Assembly (NCBI RefSeq): GCF_004010195.1
Contig: NC_057753.1
Location: forward strand, 12,126,429 to 12,169,491
DNA length: 43,063 nucleotides
From: Chiloscyllium plagiosum
Lineage: Eukaryota
Direction of reading: 5' to 3'
Shown here: in pieces, positions 1-11,025 of the stretch
Layout: the number at the start of each line of letters is the position of its first letter
Numbering within the stretch: the stretch's first letter is position 1
Position numbers and translations under genes: made by a program
The notes under the pieces: model-generated
Database searches by the model: none
What the model saw: the letters and a program-made list of their open reading frames with translations, nothing else
Told to the model about the DNA's origin: nothing

Positions 1-583
1 GGAGAGAGAAGGAGGGAGCGAGGTGGGGAGAGAAGGAGAAATGGGAAGGGGGAGACGGGAGGACAGTAGGGAGGGGGTTGAGAGAGAGGGAGGGTGAGGG
101 AGAGAGGAGAATTGAGGCAGTTTTAGATGTGAGGCTGTTTCCCAGAAAGTCCCCGTGTACGTACTGCCTTTCCGTCCGGCTCATGTCGGGTGCAGGGGTT
201 GTGAGGGACCAAGCTCTGAGGAGTTCTCAGGTCGCCGTCTGTCCCTGACGGCCCTTGAGTCAGTCTTGAATCACAAGGTGCAGGATGTGTGCGAGAGAAA
301 GAGAAGGTGTGGGAGGGGGAGAGTTTGGAAGGGATGGAGGTAGGGAGAGGGTGGGGGAAGAGAGACAGGGAGCTCCATCCTCACGTTTACCGATCCACCT
401 CACCCCCCCCTCCCTCCTCCAACTCTACCCTAGCCAATCTTTCAGCTCAACCCATTCTGTTTGTGGGTGTTCAATTCCTCCCTCTCTCTCTCTTTCTTTG
501 TTTCTGAATCTGTTTGACAAGGTAATCGCGGACGGTGGGGGGGGGGGGATGTGAAGTTAACGAGGGCGGCTGGATATCTGGGC

Positions 584-915
584 ATGGAAAGAGCGAGCGT
601 GGCTCACACCGGGGAGAGACCGTTCACCTGCGCCCGAGTGCGGCAAGGGCTTCGCTCAATCATCCAGCTGGCTGAGCCACACCGAGGACAGGCCGTTCGG
701 CTGCCCGGACTGCGGCAAGGATTTCAAGAGCTCCGGGGAGCTGATACCTCCACCAGCGCGTCCACACCGTGGAGAGGCCGTTCCGGTGCCCCCCCCCCCG
801 CTGCGGGACAGGGTTCAAGTGGTCTTCGGCGCTTGCCGAGCACCAGCGCATCCACACGGGCGAGAAGCCCTTCTCCTGCGCCGAGTCCGAGCACACGTTC
901 ACTCGCCTGTCCACC
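584..915 (+). pseudogene. Frameshifted tandem C2H2 zinc-finger gene (pseudogene, paralog of ZNF-A)
   Basis: [51 protein letters not shown] read in shifting frames; cut at 916 by a Penelope tail; further decayed linkers (cactggggagagaccgttc, caccagtgagttca) at ~1235-1510 and AATAAA near 1585/1622. Confidence 0.8.
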
Positions 916-1005
916 AAAGTGTGGTGCTGGAAAAGCCCAGCAGGTCAGGCAGCATCCGAGGAGCAGGAAAATCGACGTTTCGGGCAAAAGCCCTTCATCA
1001 GGAAT
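916..1005 (-). mobile_element. Penelope-derived short tail (pLTR fragment) with hammerhead motif
   Basis: Reverse complement matches the 3' end of the long Penelope element (31250-31380). Confidence 0.8.
971..1005 (-). ncRNA. Minimal type-I hammerhead ribozyme motif, intact core
   Basis: Minus strand: attc-CTGATGA-A-GGGC-tttt-GCCC-GAAA-CGTC-gat; 4-bp stem II, ACGT palindromic stem III, GUC cleavage triplet. Confidence 0.75.
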
Positions 1006-1080
1006 AGAGACAGGGTGCCTGCAGAGTGGAGAGAGGGGGTTTGGGAGAAAGTAGCGAGGAGTTTTCTTAATCAGCTGCCC

Positions 1081-1226
1081 GTTGAGAGTCTGAAGCCTGA
1101 ATGCAGGTTGAGTTAGAACAACTGCACAGGGAACCATTTTGTCTCTCGCTGCAATAGTCACACAGGGCATGGGTCTTGAGTCTCCATGTTCTAACTCAGC
1201 CTGAGTTCAGGTTTCAGACTCTCACC
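1081..1226. repeat. ~40-bp inverted repeat around a 66-bp spacer (MITE-like or hairpin)
   Basis: gttgagagtctgaagcctgaatgcaggttgagttagaaca (1081-1120) vs tgttctaactcagcctgagttcaggtttcagactctcacc (1187-1226). Confidence 0.8.
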
Positions 1227-1711
1227 CGACACGTCACTCCAATGAGTTCACGTTGAGGAGGGGCCTTTGGCAACCCAAAGTAAGGGGAGTGATGTAGAAA
1301 CCTCAGTGATTTCTGATTTCAGTTGGATGTGTTCTCACTGGGGAGAGACCGTTCAGGTGCTCTCTCTCTCTCTCTCTTTCTCTCTCTGTTCAGACTGAGT
1401 TCAGACAACCATCTGCCCTCACTGTAAATACCAGTGAGTTCATACCATGGAGAGGCTGTGTTCACCTGCTAGATGTCCCACTTTCTGAGACACCAATGAG
1501 TTCATTAGAGACTGCGAGAGTGGGATTCGCTGTTAATCACATCGTAGGCACATCCACGTTTCATTGGGCCTTCTGACTGATGTCAATAAATTTCAGACCA
1601 GCTTCGTGTGTGAACATTCAGAATAAAATTCCTGTAAATTAATTTCGTGTTACAGACAGTGTGTTGAGTCTGCTTAATATCTCTCACACAAGTGAGTCCC
1701 TTTTGAAGGAG

Positions 1712-2210
1712 AACATAGAACATAGAACATAACAGCACAGTCCAGGCCCTTCGGCCCTCAATGTTGCGCTGACCTGTGAATCCAATCTGAAGCCCATCGA
1801 ACCTACATTATTCCATTATCATCCATGTTTATCCAATGACCATTTAAATCCCCTTAATGTTGGCGAGTCCACTTCTGTTGCAGGCAGGGCTTTCCATGCC
1901 TTAACTGCTACTCTCAGTAAAGAAACTACCTCTGACATTGCCCTATATCTATCACCCCTCAATTTAAAGTTATGTCCCCTCGTACTAGCCATCACCATCC
2001 AAGGAAAAAGGCTCTCACTGTCCACCCTAACTAATCCTCTGACTATCTTGTATGTCTCTGTTAAGTCACCTCTCAACCTTCTTCTCTCCAACGAAAACAG
2101 CCTCAAGTCCCTCAGCCTTTCCTCCTCGAACCTTCCCTCTATACCAGGCAACTTCCTGGTAAATCTCCTCGGAACCCTTTCCAAAGCTTCCACATCCTTC
2201 CTGGCTCTCC
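1712..2210 (-). mobile_element. CR1/HER1-type LINE 3' fragment
   Basis: LERVPRRFTRKLPG...LFSLERRRLRGDLTETYKI motif; tandem (aacatag)n tail at 1712-1730. Confidence 0.9.
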
Positions 2211-2227
2211 CTTGATTCCCTGACAAC

Positions 2228-2515
2228 AGGTGTGAGGAGCTCTTTTACCCCAGGGTGGGGGAGCCCAAAACACGAGGGTGTAGGTTCAAGGCAAGAGGGG
2301 AAAGATTTAAAAGAGACCTGAGGGTGGTGCATTCATGGAATGAGCTGCCTGAGGAAGTGGCGGAGGCCGGTACAATTACAGCACTTGAAAGGCATCTGGA
2401 TGAATTGGAAGGGTTTCGAGGGATCATGGGCCAAGTGCTGGCAAACGGGACTAGATTAATTTAGGCTATCTGGACAAGTTGGACCGAAGGGTCTGCTTCT
2501 GTGTTGCATGACTCC
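2228..2515 (+). mobile_element. CR1 LINE 3' fragment
   Basis: TRGCRFKARGERFKRDLR..WNELPEEVAEAGTI followed by CR1-like 3' UTR. Confidence 0.85.
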
Positions 2516-2859
2516 AGGCGCATCATCACCACCAAGATTGAGACAATATGATCAGCGGTCTCTGCTGCCCCCAACTCCCTTCCACTAGCTCACTGGGTCA
2601 AACTGCCTGTGAAACTCTCTCCAGTTTATCTCCTGTCAGAGTTAACTGTTCACTCTTCTGATATTGTCCATTAAACCTTCATATTCACTGATCCTTTTAA
2701 AAAAGAAAACTGTGATTCCATGGTGTCTAAAGACCTTTTAATAGGTATCCCTCCGATGAGCTATCCTTCGTCCCTCCTATTTCTCATCGGCAGACTGCCA
2801 CAAGTGGACGTCAACCAGAGAGCAGTCTGTTAGTTTTCACGTTTTCCCTGTAAATGCCT

Positions 2860-3530
2860 CCAGGGCACTCCTACACTTCTCCTTGCCTCTGTCACCACCT
2901 CCAGTTTGTACATCCCTCCCGATCCCTGTAATCTGTTCCAGTCCTGACATGTCTCCCCATCTCAGTATCGTCTACCAGCAGCTACATCCCTCCCCATATG
3001 TGAAAACACTGTCACCTTTTCCAGCTTGTATATCCCTCCCTCTCCCTGTGATTTGTTCCAGTCCTGACATGTCTCCCTATCTCAGTATCGTCCTCCTGCA
3101 GCTACAACCCTCCCTATACGTGAAAACACTGCCACACTCTCCATCACTTAATATCTCTGTAATGTCTTGCATCCCCAACACCACTCTCTATCTCTGTCAC
3201 CCCCTCCAGCCCATACAGCCTTCTCTATCTCTGTAACCTGCTCCAGCTCTAACACCCCCTTAATCTACATAATCTTTTCCAGCCCTTCCCTATCTTTGTA
3301 ATGTCCTCCAGGAACTACAAACCTCCCTTTTTTGGTACGCTCTGCCTTGTCTCTGTAAACTCTTCGAGTCCCTACATGCCTTCCTATCTCTGTCACCTCC
3401 TCCAGTTACCACATTCTTCCATATCCCTGTATCATCCTCCCATAGCTAAATTCCTCCCTTTATGTGAAACCGCCTCCGCCATCTACATCATTCAATATCT
3501 CTGTAACATCTTCCATCTCCTACACCAATC
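2860..3530. repeat. Degenerate pyrimidine-rich minisatellite including two ~120-bp tandem copies
   Basis: Recurrent 'ctccctatctctgtaacctcctccagc'-like units; ~2893-3010 resembles ~3010-3130. Confidence 0.7.
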
Positions 3531-3539
3531 TATAGCTCA

Positions 3540-4160
3540 GAATACAACAGCAGAGACATACTGCTGAGGCTGTATAAGACTCTGGTCAGACCACATTTGA
3601 AACATTGTGAGCAGTTTTGGACTTTGTATCTCAGGATATACTGGCATTGGAGGGCGTCCGGAGGAGGTTCACAAAAATAGTCCCAGGGATGAAGGGCTGG
3701 TCACATGAGACGTGGATGAGGACTCTGGGTCTGTACTTGATCAAATTAGGATGGCGGGGTTGAGGAGGAGGGTGGTGGTAGGGGAGGATGGTATCACTGA
3801 AACGTGCAGGATACTGAGAGGCCTGGATTAAGTGGCTTTACAGAAGGTGATTCCACTAGTAGGAGACACTAAGACCTGAGGGCACAGCCTCAAAGTGATG
3901 GAACAGGCCTTTAGAAGTGAGGTGAGAAGGACTTTCTTCAGCCAGAGGGTGGTGAATCTGTGGTGAACTCATCGCCGCAGAGGAGAGCCAAGTCGTTGAG
4001 TATATTTAAGGCAGAGATCGATAAGCTCTTGATTTGTAAGGGGATCAAGGGTAACGGGGAGAAGCTAGGAGAATGGGGTTGAGAAACATATCAGCCATGA
4101 TTGAATAGTGGAGCAGACTCGGTGGGCCCAAAGGCCTAACTCTGCTCCTATATCTTAGTG
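3540..4160 (+). mobile_element. CR1 LINE 3' fragment
   Basis: LRLYKTLVRPHLKHCEQFW; ttcttcagccagagggtggtgaatctgtgg; CR1-like 3' UTR. Confidence 0.85.
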
Positions 4161-4539
4161 AGGCTGAACCATGCTGTTCGTAATTTCACTCACAGATCTA
4201 ACCTCAAGATAAATTTCCAGCCACAAAACCACACTACCTCTGACACTGGATGTTTCAATCTCGATAATGTCAGCCATGTCAACCCCAGCTCATTTGTTGA
4301 TGAAACTCTCGTCTTTGAACCTGACAATCCCAGTGCATTCCTGATGAGTTTTCACATTCACCCAGGCCCCATTCCAGAAATGTGAAATCCCCCAAACCTC
4401 TGTTGTCCAGTTCCTATTTAATATTCCCTTTGAGCTGTGTGTGTGCAGTACTTGGAGGTCTGCACAGCCGGAATGAAAATTAGAGGGGATGCTGGTCCTG
4501 TTCACTCATCACCCTCTTTGTTCCCTGACAGCAATCCTG

Positions 4540-4988
4540 CTCATTTCCTTTTGGGGCAATACTACAGCTTTATGAGTTCCCTTTTGTCTTGGCTTTCAGA
4601 AGAAAAGTTTTAAGACAGAGGTGTCAACATGTCTATTAAAAACCCATAACTCGTGAGGCCTTGGGGTTTTGTTTTTGGAACAATAGATGCAGCCTGGGTG
4701 GGTCCAGCTCTCACAGATCCAGAGATTTTCAATTTCTTAGTTTTTCAGTAGCAGTTCTTGTTGCGGTATATCTCTCCCAGTTTCACTCTCTCTGAGTTCT
4801 CCTGGGCTGCTGGAGGATGCCAGTCCATGGTTTCTGAATTTGACTTTTACTCGGGGTGTGTTTTGCTTTGAATCCAGTAGTCTGACCAATTGAATGGAAC
4901 TGGAATGCAACATTTACCTTTAAAATAAGAAAAAGAGAAGGCGACCTTCTTAAAATAACTCTGAGGTGGTATGATCTGGCCCATAACA
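4540..4988 (+). mobile_element. Possible solo-LTR remnant
   Basis: T-rich LTR-like composition ending ...gatctggcccataaca; similar-looking tracts at ~7690-8450 and ~27060-27455; no internal ORF seen. Confidence 0.3.
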
Positions 4989-5229
4989 CTTTCTCGTGCA
5001 GAACTCTGATGTCTGTTTGTGGGAGTCATTGATGATCGCAGAAACTTGGAAGTTTCACTGGGTTATTTTCACCTCTCCTTCCACTGAATCTGTAAATCTT
5101 AGCTCCACACATCCTAGTTCTTCCCTCAGCAGAAACGCGAGTGCTTAGTGCATTTAATCAATTGCATTCCTCCACTCCCAAAGTCTTTCCACCCTCTATC
5201 CCGTCTGGGTTCAATTCTCCATACCTTGT

Positions 5230-5570
5230 GTGTGGACTGAGGCCAAAGTCAATGAGGTCAGAACTGCCTCTCATGCTCATGGGAATCTAGCAAAATGTGG
5301 AAGAATAGGTGAATGATTGCTCATGTGCATAACGTTTGGACACCCTTTCTCCAGCTGAACGTGCTGATCATGCAAGTAATCGTTTGAACTTTCAAAGTTT
5401 GTAGGTTTGGAAGAAGGAAAATTGAATAATTCCTTTTGCAGTCTCAACTATCAGAATGGCCTGTCTCCTGTTTGTACTGTTCTGTCGGGAAGTGGGGATG
5501 ACCAAGCGAATCCCTTTCCACAATTAGCTAGTGAGTATTCTCTCCCAGTTGTGATTACACCCACGATAAG
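5230..5570 (-). pseudogene. Heavily decayed C2H2 zinc-finger relic
   Basis: Minus strand gives CGKGFAWSSPL..VQTGDRPF*..FESSND..HVQLEKR..SFTYSST with stops and frameshifts. Confidence 0.55.
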
Positions 5571-5579
5571 CAATAACTG

Positions 5580-6045
5580 TTGTTAAACTCGAAAGTATTC
5601 AGAAAAAAATTTACAAGCATGTTGCCAGGGTTGGAGGGCTTGAGCTATACTGAGAGGTGACATTATAAAATCATGTGGGGCAAGGATAGGGTGAATAGAT
5701 AAGGTCTCTTTTATTGCAGGTGAGGGGAATCCAAAAGTAGGAAACATAGGTTTAAGGTGAGGGAAAAATATGCAAGGGACCTAAGGAGCATCTTTTTCAC
5801 ACAGAGAGTGGTGTGGATATGGAATCAGCTGCCAGAGGAAGTGGTGGAGGCTGGTATAATCACAGCATTTAAAATAAAAAGAGGTGACCTTCTTAAAATA
5901 ACTTTGAGGTGGTGTGATCTGGCCCGTAACACTTTCCCGTGCAGAACTCTGATGTCTGTTTGTGGGAGTCATTGATGATCGCAGATATATGAATAGAAAG
6001 GGGTTAGAGCAACATGGGCCAAATGGGACTAGATTAATTTAGGAT
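5580..6045 (+). mobile_element. CR1 LINE 3' fragment carrying a locally copied ~115-bp segment
   Basis: FFTQRVVWIWNQLPEEVVEAG; 5868-5985 duplicates 4918-5042. Confidence 0.85.
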
Positions 6046-6049
6046 AGCG

Positions 6050-6465
6050 ATTTTTGAGAAGATTTGTATCTCAGATTGATGATACATCTCTAAGTTAGTT
6101 CGCTGAGCTTGAAGGTTTGTTCTCAGACGTTTCATCACCATACATCATCAGTGAGAGTCTCTGGTGAAGTGCTGGTAGTATGTCCTGCCTCTCTATTTAT
6201 AGGTTTTGATTTCTTAAGTTGGGTGACGGTCATTTCCGGTTCTTTTTCTCAAGGGTAGGTAGATAGGATCTAAGTCGATGTGCTTATTGACTGAGTTCTG
6301 GTTAGAGTGCCTGTCTGAGAATGTGTGCGTTACCCCAGTCAAAGTGGTGTCCCTCTTTGTCTGCATGTACGGAAACTAATGAGTGTGGTTCACGTCTTTT
6401 GGTGGCCAGTTGGTGTTCATGTATCCATTGGCAAGTTTCCTGCTAGTTTGTCCGATGTAGTGTGT
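6050..6465 (-). mobile_element. Penelope-like element 3' end (GIY-YIG endonuclease relic plus tail), second family
   Basis: HYIGQTSRKLA..HEHQLATKR..HADKEGHHFDW..NKHIDLDPIY on minus; hammerhead-like tctca-CTGATGA-tgtatggtgat-GAAACGTC-tgaga at 6121-6156. Confidence 0.8.
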
Positions 6466-6934
6466 TTAACTTATGGTTTTACATAAAAAAGTGGAAACTT
6501 AGGTGATCCCAGATAACCAAGGGGCTGTTGCCAGAAGAATCTCACCTCAGAATCACTGAGCTGGAAGCTGAAATACATCAGGGAGAAAGGTAGCTGCACG
6601 GTTAGTTGACAGTCACACCTCATGATGTATGGTCGTCTTATTTGGACAACATTCAGGGATGTGAAAATATGACTCCAAATGAGGAAGGTTTGGGGACATG
6701 TTTATGTTTCTAAGAATGGCATTTTAAATCTAAATACGTATGCAGGCTGAGCTGGATAAAGCAAACTGGGAAACAAGGTATAAAGTTTGACAGTAGCGGT
6801 ACAATGGCAGAGCTTTAAGGGTATGTTTAATAATTCGTGGCAATGGTTTATCCTGGGAAGGAAAAAAAAAAGACTGACAGATACATTAACTGTGGGAAAA
6901 CAATTAAGGACAGCATCAAGTTGAACAGAACAAA

Positions 6935-7230
6935 AGTGGCTCAGTGGTTAGCACTGCTGCCTCACAGTGCCAGGGAGCCAGGTTTGATTCCACCCTCGGG
7001 TGGGTGCCTGTGTGGAGTTTGTGCGGTTCCCCCCCCATCTGCGTGGGTTTCCTCCCACAGTCCAAAAGTGCGCAGATTAAGTGGATCGGCTATGCTAAAT
7101 TGCCCAGAGTGTCCCGGCTGGATGGATTTAGCCCTGGGAAATGCAGGGCTGGAAGGGTTGGGTGGGATGCTGTTCAGAGGGTCGGTGTGGAATCCATGGG
7201 CTGAATGGGCGCTTGAGGGATTCTGTGACT
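6935..7230 (+). mobile_element. HE1-type tRNA-derived V-SINE
   Basis: gtggctcagtggttagcactgctgcctcacag A-box, B-box, V-domain ctgcgtgggtttcctccc. Confidence 0.9.
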
Positions 7231-8582
7231 ATATTGGAAGGTTAGTTACAGGTCAGAAGGTTGGACAGACTTTCGGGGACCAGCAAAGAATGACAATACA
7301 AAAGACGTTAGAGGGCATGAAAGCTTACTAGACAACAATAAGAAAACAGCAGGACCATTTATGAGTATTGATGTAACACACTTGAGGAAATGCATTGATT
7401 CTCAAGCTTCACTACTCCCTGGGTCACCACAAATATAAATGATCTAATCAAAGTACATAAAATCCCTGATTGTTTTGCTTTTATTCACTCATGGAACATG
7501 GGTGTTGCTGGCTGGCCAGCATTTATTGCTTGTCCCTCGTTGCCCTTGAGAAGGCAGTGGTGACCTGACTTCTTGAACCGCTGCAGTCCATGTGCTGTAG
7601 GTAGACTCACAAAGCCCACGACGGAGGGAATTCAATGTCGCTGTCTACTGGAATCAAGCGAACAGAAAAAAAAACCCAGGTCTGCACCGCATAAGAACTC
7701 CTGGTTATTACAAATAAATACTTTATAATCACCAGTAAACAGCTATGAATTATCAACATGCGGCTTCACTGTTTTAAACCCCCTTTCAAAACCCCTAAAC
7801 ACACACAGACAAACAAAACATTTTTTTCCCCCTCTCCATCCAAGAAAAAAGCAAACTGGAAAACACAATTCACCAGTTCATATGGTTCACTGAGATAATC
7901 CTTCTGGCTTGCCAAGAGTTTCTGTTAGTCATTTTTTTTTCTCCAGGTTCTTTCGCCTCTTCACAGGAGGCACACGGTAATTGGTATCCTAACCGCCAAG
8001 TCTCTTAGGCATTGATTAGAGGTAACAGCTTACAGCAATTGTGGGTGAAAATAATTGGTTTTCTTCAGGCTTCGGGTATTTTTGGTGCAGAGAGAGAGAG
8101 ACACACACACACACAAAACCTGCCCTTCCAGATGTTCGAAGGCTTCCCAACATATCGTCCACGCCCACAAGCTGTTCAGCCACCCAGGAACCATTCAGAG
8201 AGTTGTCGTCATGATGATTTTGGCCATCCACAACTAGTCACATTTTCACCAACCAGTCAGCTACTTGTTGCCGGATGAATCTCAGCCTGCATTTGCTCCC
8301 TGGTGTCAGGCCACTAACAAAATGGCTTCTCCTCTCTGTTTGAACAAAGCAGCTGTGCAAACACCATACACAATGAGCTTCAGTGATCTGTTTTTGAAAG
8401 CACAATTCCTTCCACAATAAAAATATGGAATTAAGTCTATTAATGACATGAATCCATGGTTGATTGTCAGTTAAAGAAAAACCCAGCTTCATTAACATCC
8501 TTTAGGGAAGGAAACTGCCATCCTTACTTAGTCTGGCCTGCAAGTAACTCCTGACCCACAGAATTTTGGTTAACTCTTGTCA

Positions 8583-8885
8583 CGGGGCAGCTTGGTAGCT
8601 CAGTGGTAAGCACTGCTGCCTCACAGCGCCAGTGACCTGGATTCCATTCCAGCTTCTGGCAACTGTCTATGTGGAGTTTGCACATTCTCCCCATGTCTGA
8701 GTGGGGTTTCCTCCAGGTGTTCCGGCTTCTTCCCACAGTCCAAACATGCACAGGCTAGATAGATTGGCCATGGGAAATGCAGGGTTACAGCGATAGGGGA
8801 GTGGCTCTGCTTGGGATGCTCTTTGGAGGGGGTGGTTTGGACTCGATGGGCTGCATGGCCTGTTTCCACTCTGTAGGGATTCTGA
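8583..8885 (+). mobile_element. HE1-type V-SINE
   Basis: tRNA-like head, gtttgcacattctcccc V-domain, CR1-like tail. Confidence 0.9.
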
Positions 8886-9574
8886 GTATAAGAGGGAAAC
8901 ATTCACAGGGATAAAGGATTGGATTTTATCAAGAAAGCAGAAGTAAATGGATCTTTTGGGGATGAAAAGCTATAACGAGTGGATTGTCATAAGGTTCAGC
9001 AGTGGGCCTTCAACTAGTTATAATCTATATCAATGACTTGGATGTCGGGGACCAAATACACGACAGCTAAATAGGGCGCTGCGGCACAGTTGAGATCGAG
9101 AGTAGTTGGTGAGCACAAGTGGGTCTCTGGTGATGGATGGTGAGAGGGCATCACAGAGGAGACTGAACCCAGTATGGGAGTAAGATCGAGCCCTCGTGGG
9201 GAAATCTCAGTACAGAGATCTGCAGGTCCATGGCGAGAGAAGGAACGCGATGCTGAATTCTTAACTTTCTTTCCTTATTTTTCCGCTTTATATACCTAAG
9301 ATTTTGCACCTGGGTACCTTTGTACCCAAAGGTGGCGCCGGGAATGCACACTTTTCACTGTACTCCTGCACTTGAGTACATGTCACGGTCAAACCTAATT
9401 CGAAACAAAACATTTGCTGATGACACCAAGACAAGTCGGAAAGTAAATTGTCAAGAGAGTCTGCCAAGAAGAGTAGGTAAGTGAAGTGCATGGCAAACAT
9501 TGGGCAATGGGGTATAATTTAGGAAAACGTTGGTGGAAAAAACTCAGAGGTACAGAGGAGCTGAGTGCCCGAGA

Positions 9575-10195
9575 TCATAGAACCCTTACAGTATGGAAGT
9601 GGGCCATTCGGCCCATTGAGTCAAACACGGACCCGCTGAAGAGCAACCCAACCAGACCCACTCCCTAACCCCATATTTCCCCATTGGCTAGCCTGCACAT
9701 CCCTGGGCACTGTGGGTAATTTAGCACGGCCAATCCCACCCTAACCTGCACATCCCTTGGCACTATGGGTAATTTAGCACAGGCCCATTGAGTCAAACAC
9801 GGACCCGCTGAAGAGCATCCCAACCAGACCCACTCCCTAACCCCATATTTCCCCATTGGCTAGCCTGCACATCCCTGGGCATTGTGGGTAATTTAGCACG
9901 GCCAATCCCACCCTAACCTGCACATCCCTGGGCACTATGGGTAATTTAGCACAGCCAGTGCACCCTAACCAGCACATCCCTGGGCACTATGGGTAATTTA
10001 ACACAGCCAATCCACCCTAACCTGCACATCTTTGGACACTGGGAGGAAACTGGAGTGCCCGGAGGCAACTTACACAGGCACCGGGGAAGAGGGGTGAAAG
10101 TGCAAACTCCACACAGTCACTTGAGAGCGGAATTGAACTCGGGTCCCTTGTGCTGTGAGGCAGCAGTGCTAACCACTGAGCCACCGTGCCGTCCC
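9575..10195 (-). mobile_element. HE1-type V-SINE with an expanded internal tandem array
   Basis: Head at 10195; ~53-bp unit cctgcacatccctgggcactatgggtaatttagcacggccaatcccaccctaa repeated ~6 times plus a ~170-bp duplication. Confidence 0.9.
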
Positions 10196-10207
10196 TAATA
10201 CAAGCAT

Positions 10208-10432
10208 AGGCTTAACAGACAATCAATTCTTCAATGTATAATTTCAGTTACATCACACTGCAAATTTTTGCTATAAATTCTGTGTTACGATCGAGCCCTC
10301 CACAATCACCTGATGAAGGAGCGTCGCTCCGAAAGCTAGCGCTTCCAATTAAGCCTTTTGGACTATAACCTGGTGTTGTGGTGATTTTTAACTTTGTACA
10401 CCCCAGTCCAACACCGGCATCTCCAAATCATG
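10208..10432 (+). mobile_element. Short probable Penelope-derived element (third family) with 8-bp TSD
   Basis: acaagcat at 10200-10207 and 10433-10440; contains a hammerhead motif. Confidence 0.65.
10307..10341 (+). ncRNA. Minimal type-I hammerhead ribozyme motif
   Basis: cac-CTGATGA-A-GGAGC-gtc-GCTCC-GAAA-GCTA-gcg; 5-bp stem II, AGCT palindromic stem III, CUA triplet. Confidence 0.75.
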
Positions 10433-11025
10433 ACAAGCATTGTGAGCCTAGTTTGTTCAATCTTGTTGTTGAAGACTGGGCCCAGTTCGTGGAAAGAATG
10501 CGATTTTTTTTTTCCCTGGGCAAATGACACTGGGGCAGGTGATAAGCAAAACAAAAGGTACAAGAGTCATACAAAGTTAGTCTGCAGGTACAGCCGCTGA
10601 TAGGTGGACAAATGTTGTCATTTATTGGAAGGGGATTGCAAGATAAATGCAGGGATGTTTCACTAAGTTGCATACAGCACTTGTGGGGCCACATCTTGTG
10701 TGCTGTGTACGGCTTTGGGTTTGGACGAATGCAAGGGGATTCATTGAACACGGTTCTGTTCTTGCGCAACCACACTTTATAGTAAACGATGCTTTTGAAA
10801 CAGAGCGAAAAGTGTTGGTGATGTAATCGCTTTCTGCATTTCTTTTTTAAAAGTTTGCGCTTGAGAATCAGCGTTGCCAATTCATTTATCATGTCACAGC
10901 GAGTTCGCGTTGACGAAATGTGTGCGGCAGTGGAACGATCTGTCTAAGACTTTAAGGGAAAAAGGCGGCTGGCTTTCAGACAGAGGGCGAGGATCTTATT
11001 GAGTCGTGGTCCTCCTCTCCTGGAA

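Noticed and set aside
1-500. Purine-rich tract followed by a pyrimidine-rich tract
   Set aside because: Low-complexity sequence; no specific pairing or function supportable
4960-5040. CTGA and TGATGA boxes suggesting a C/D snoRNA in the duplicated segment
   Set aside because: Boxes are in the wrong order and there is no terminal stem
6935-7000. tRNA-like sequences here and at other HE1 heads
   Set aside because: SINE heads continuing into V-domain and tail; no complete cloverleaf
9600-10030. Regularly spaced repeats that could resemble a CRISPR array
   Set aside because: Tandem units without unique spacers, inside a vertebrate SINE; no cas genes
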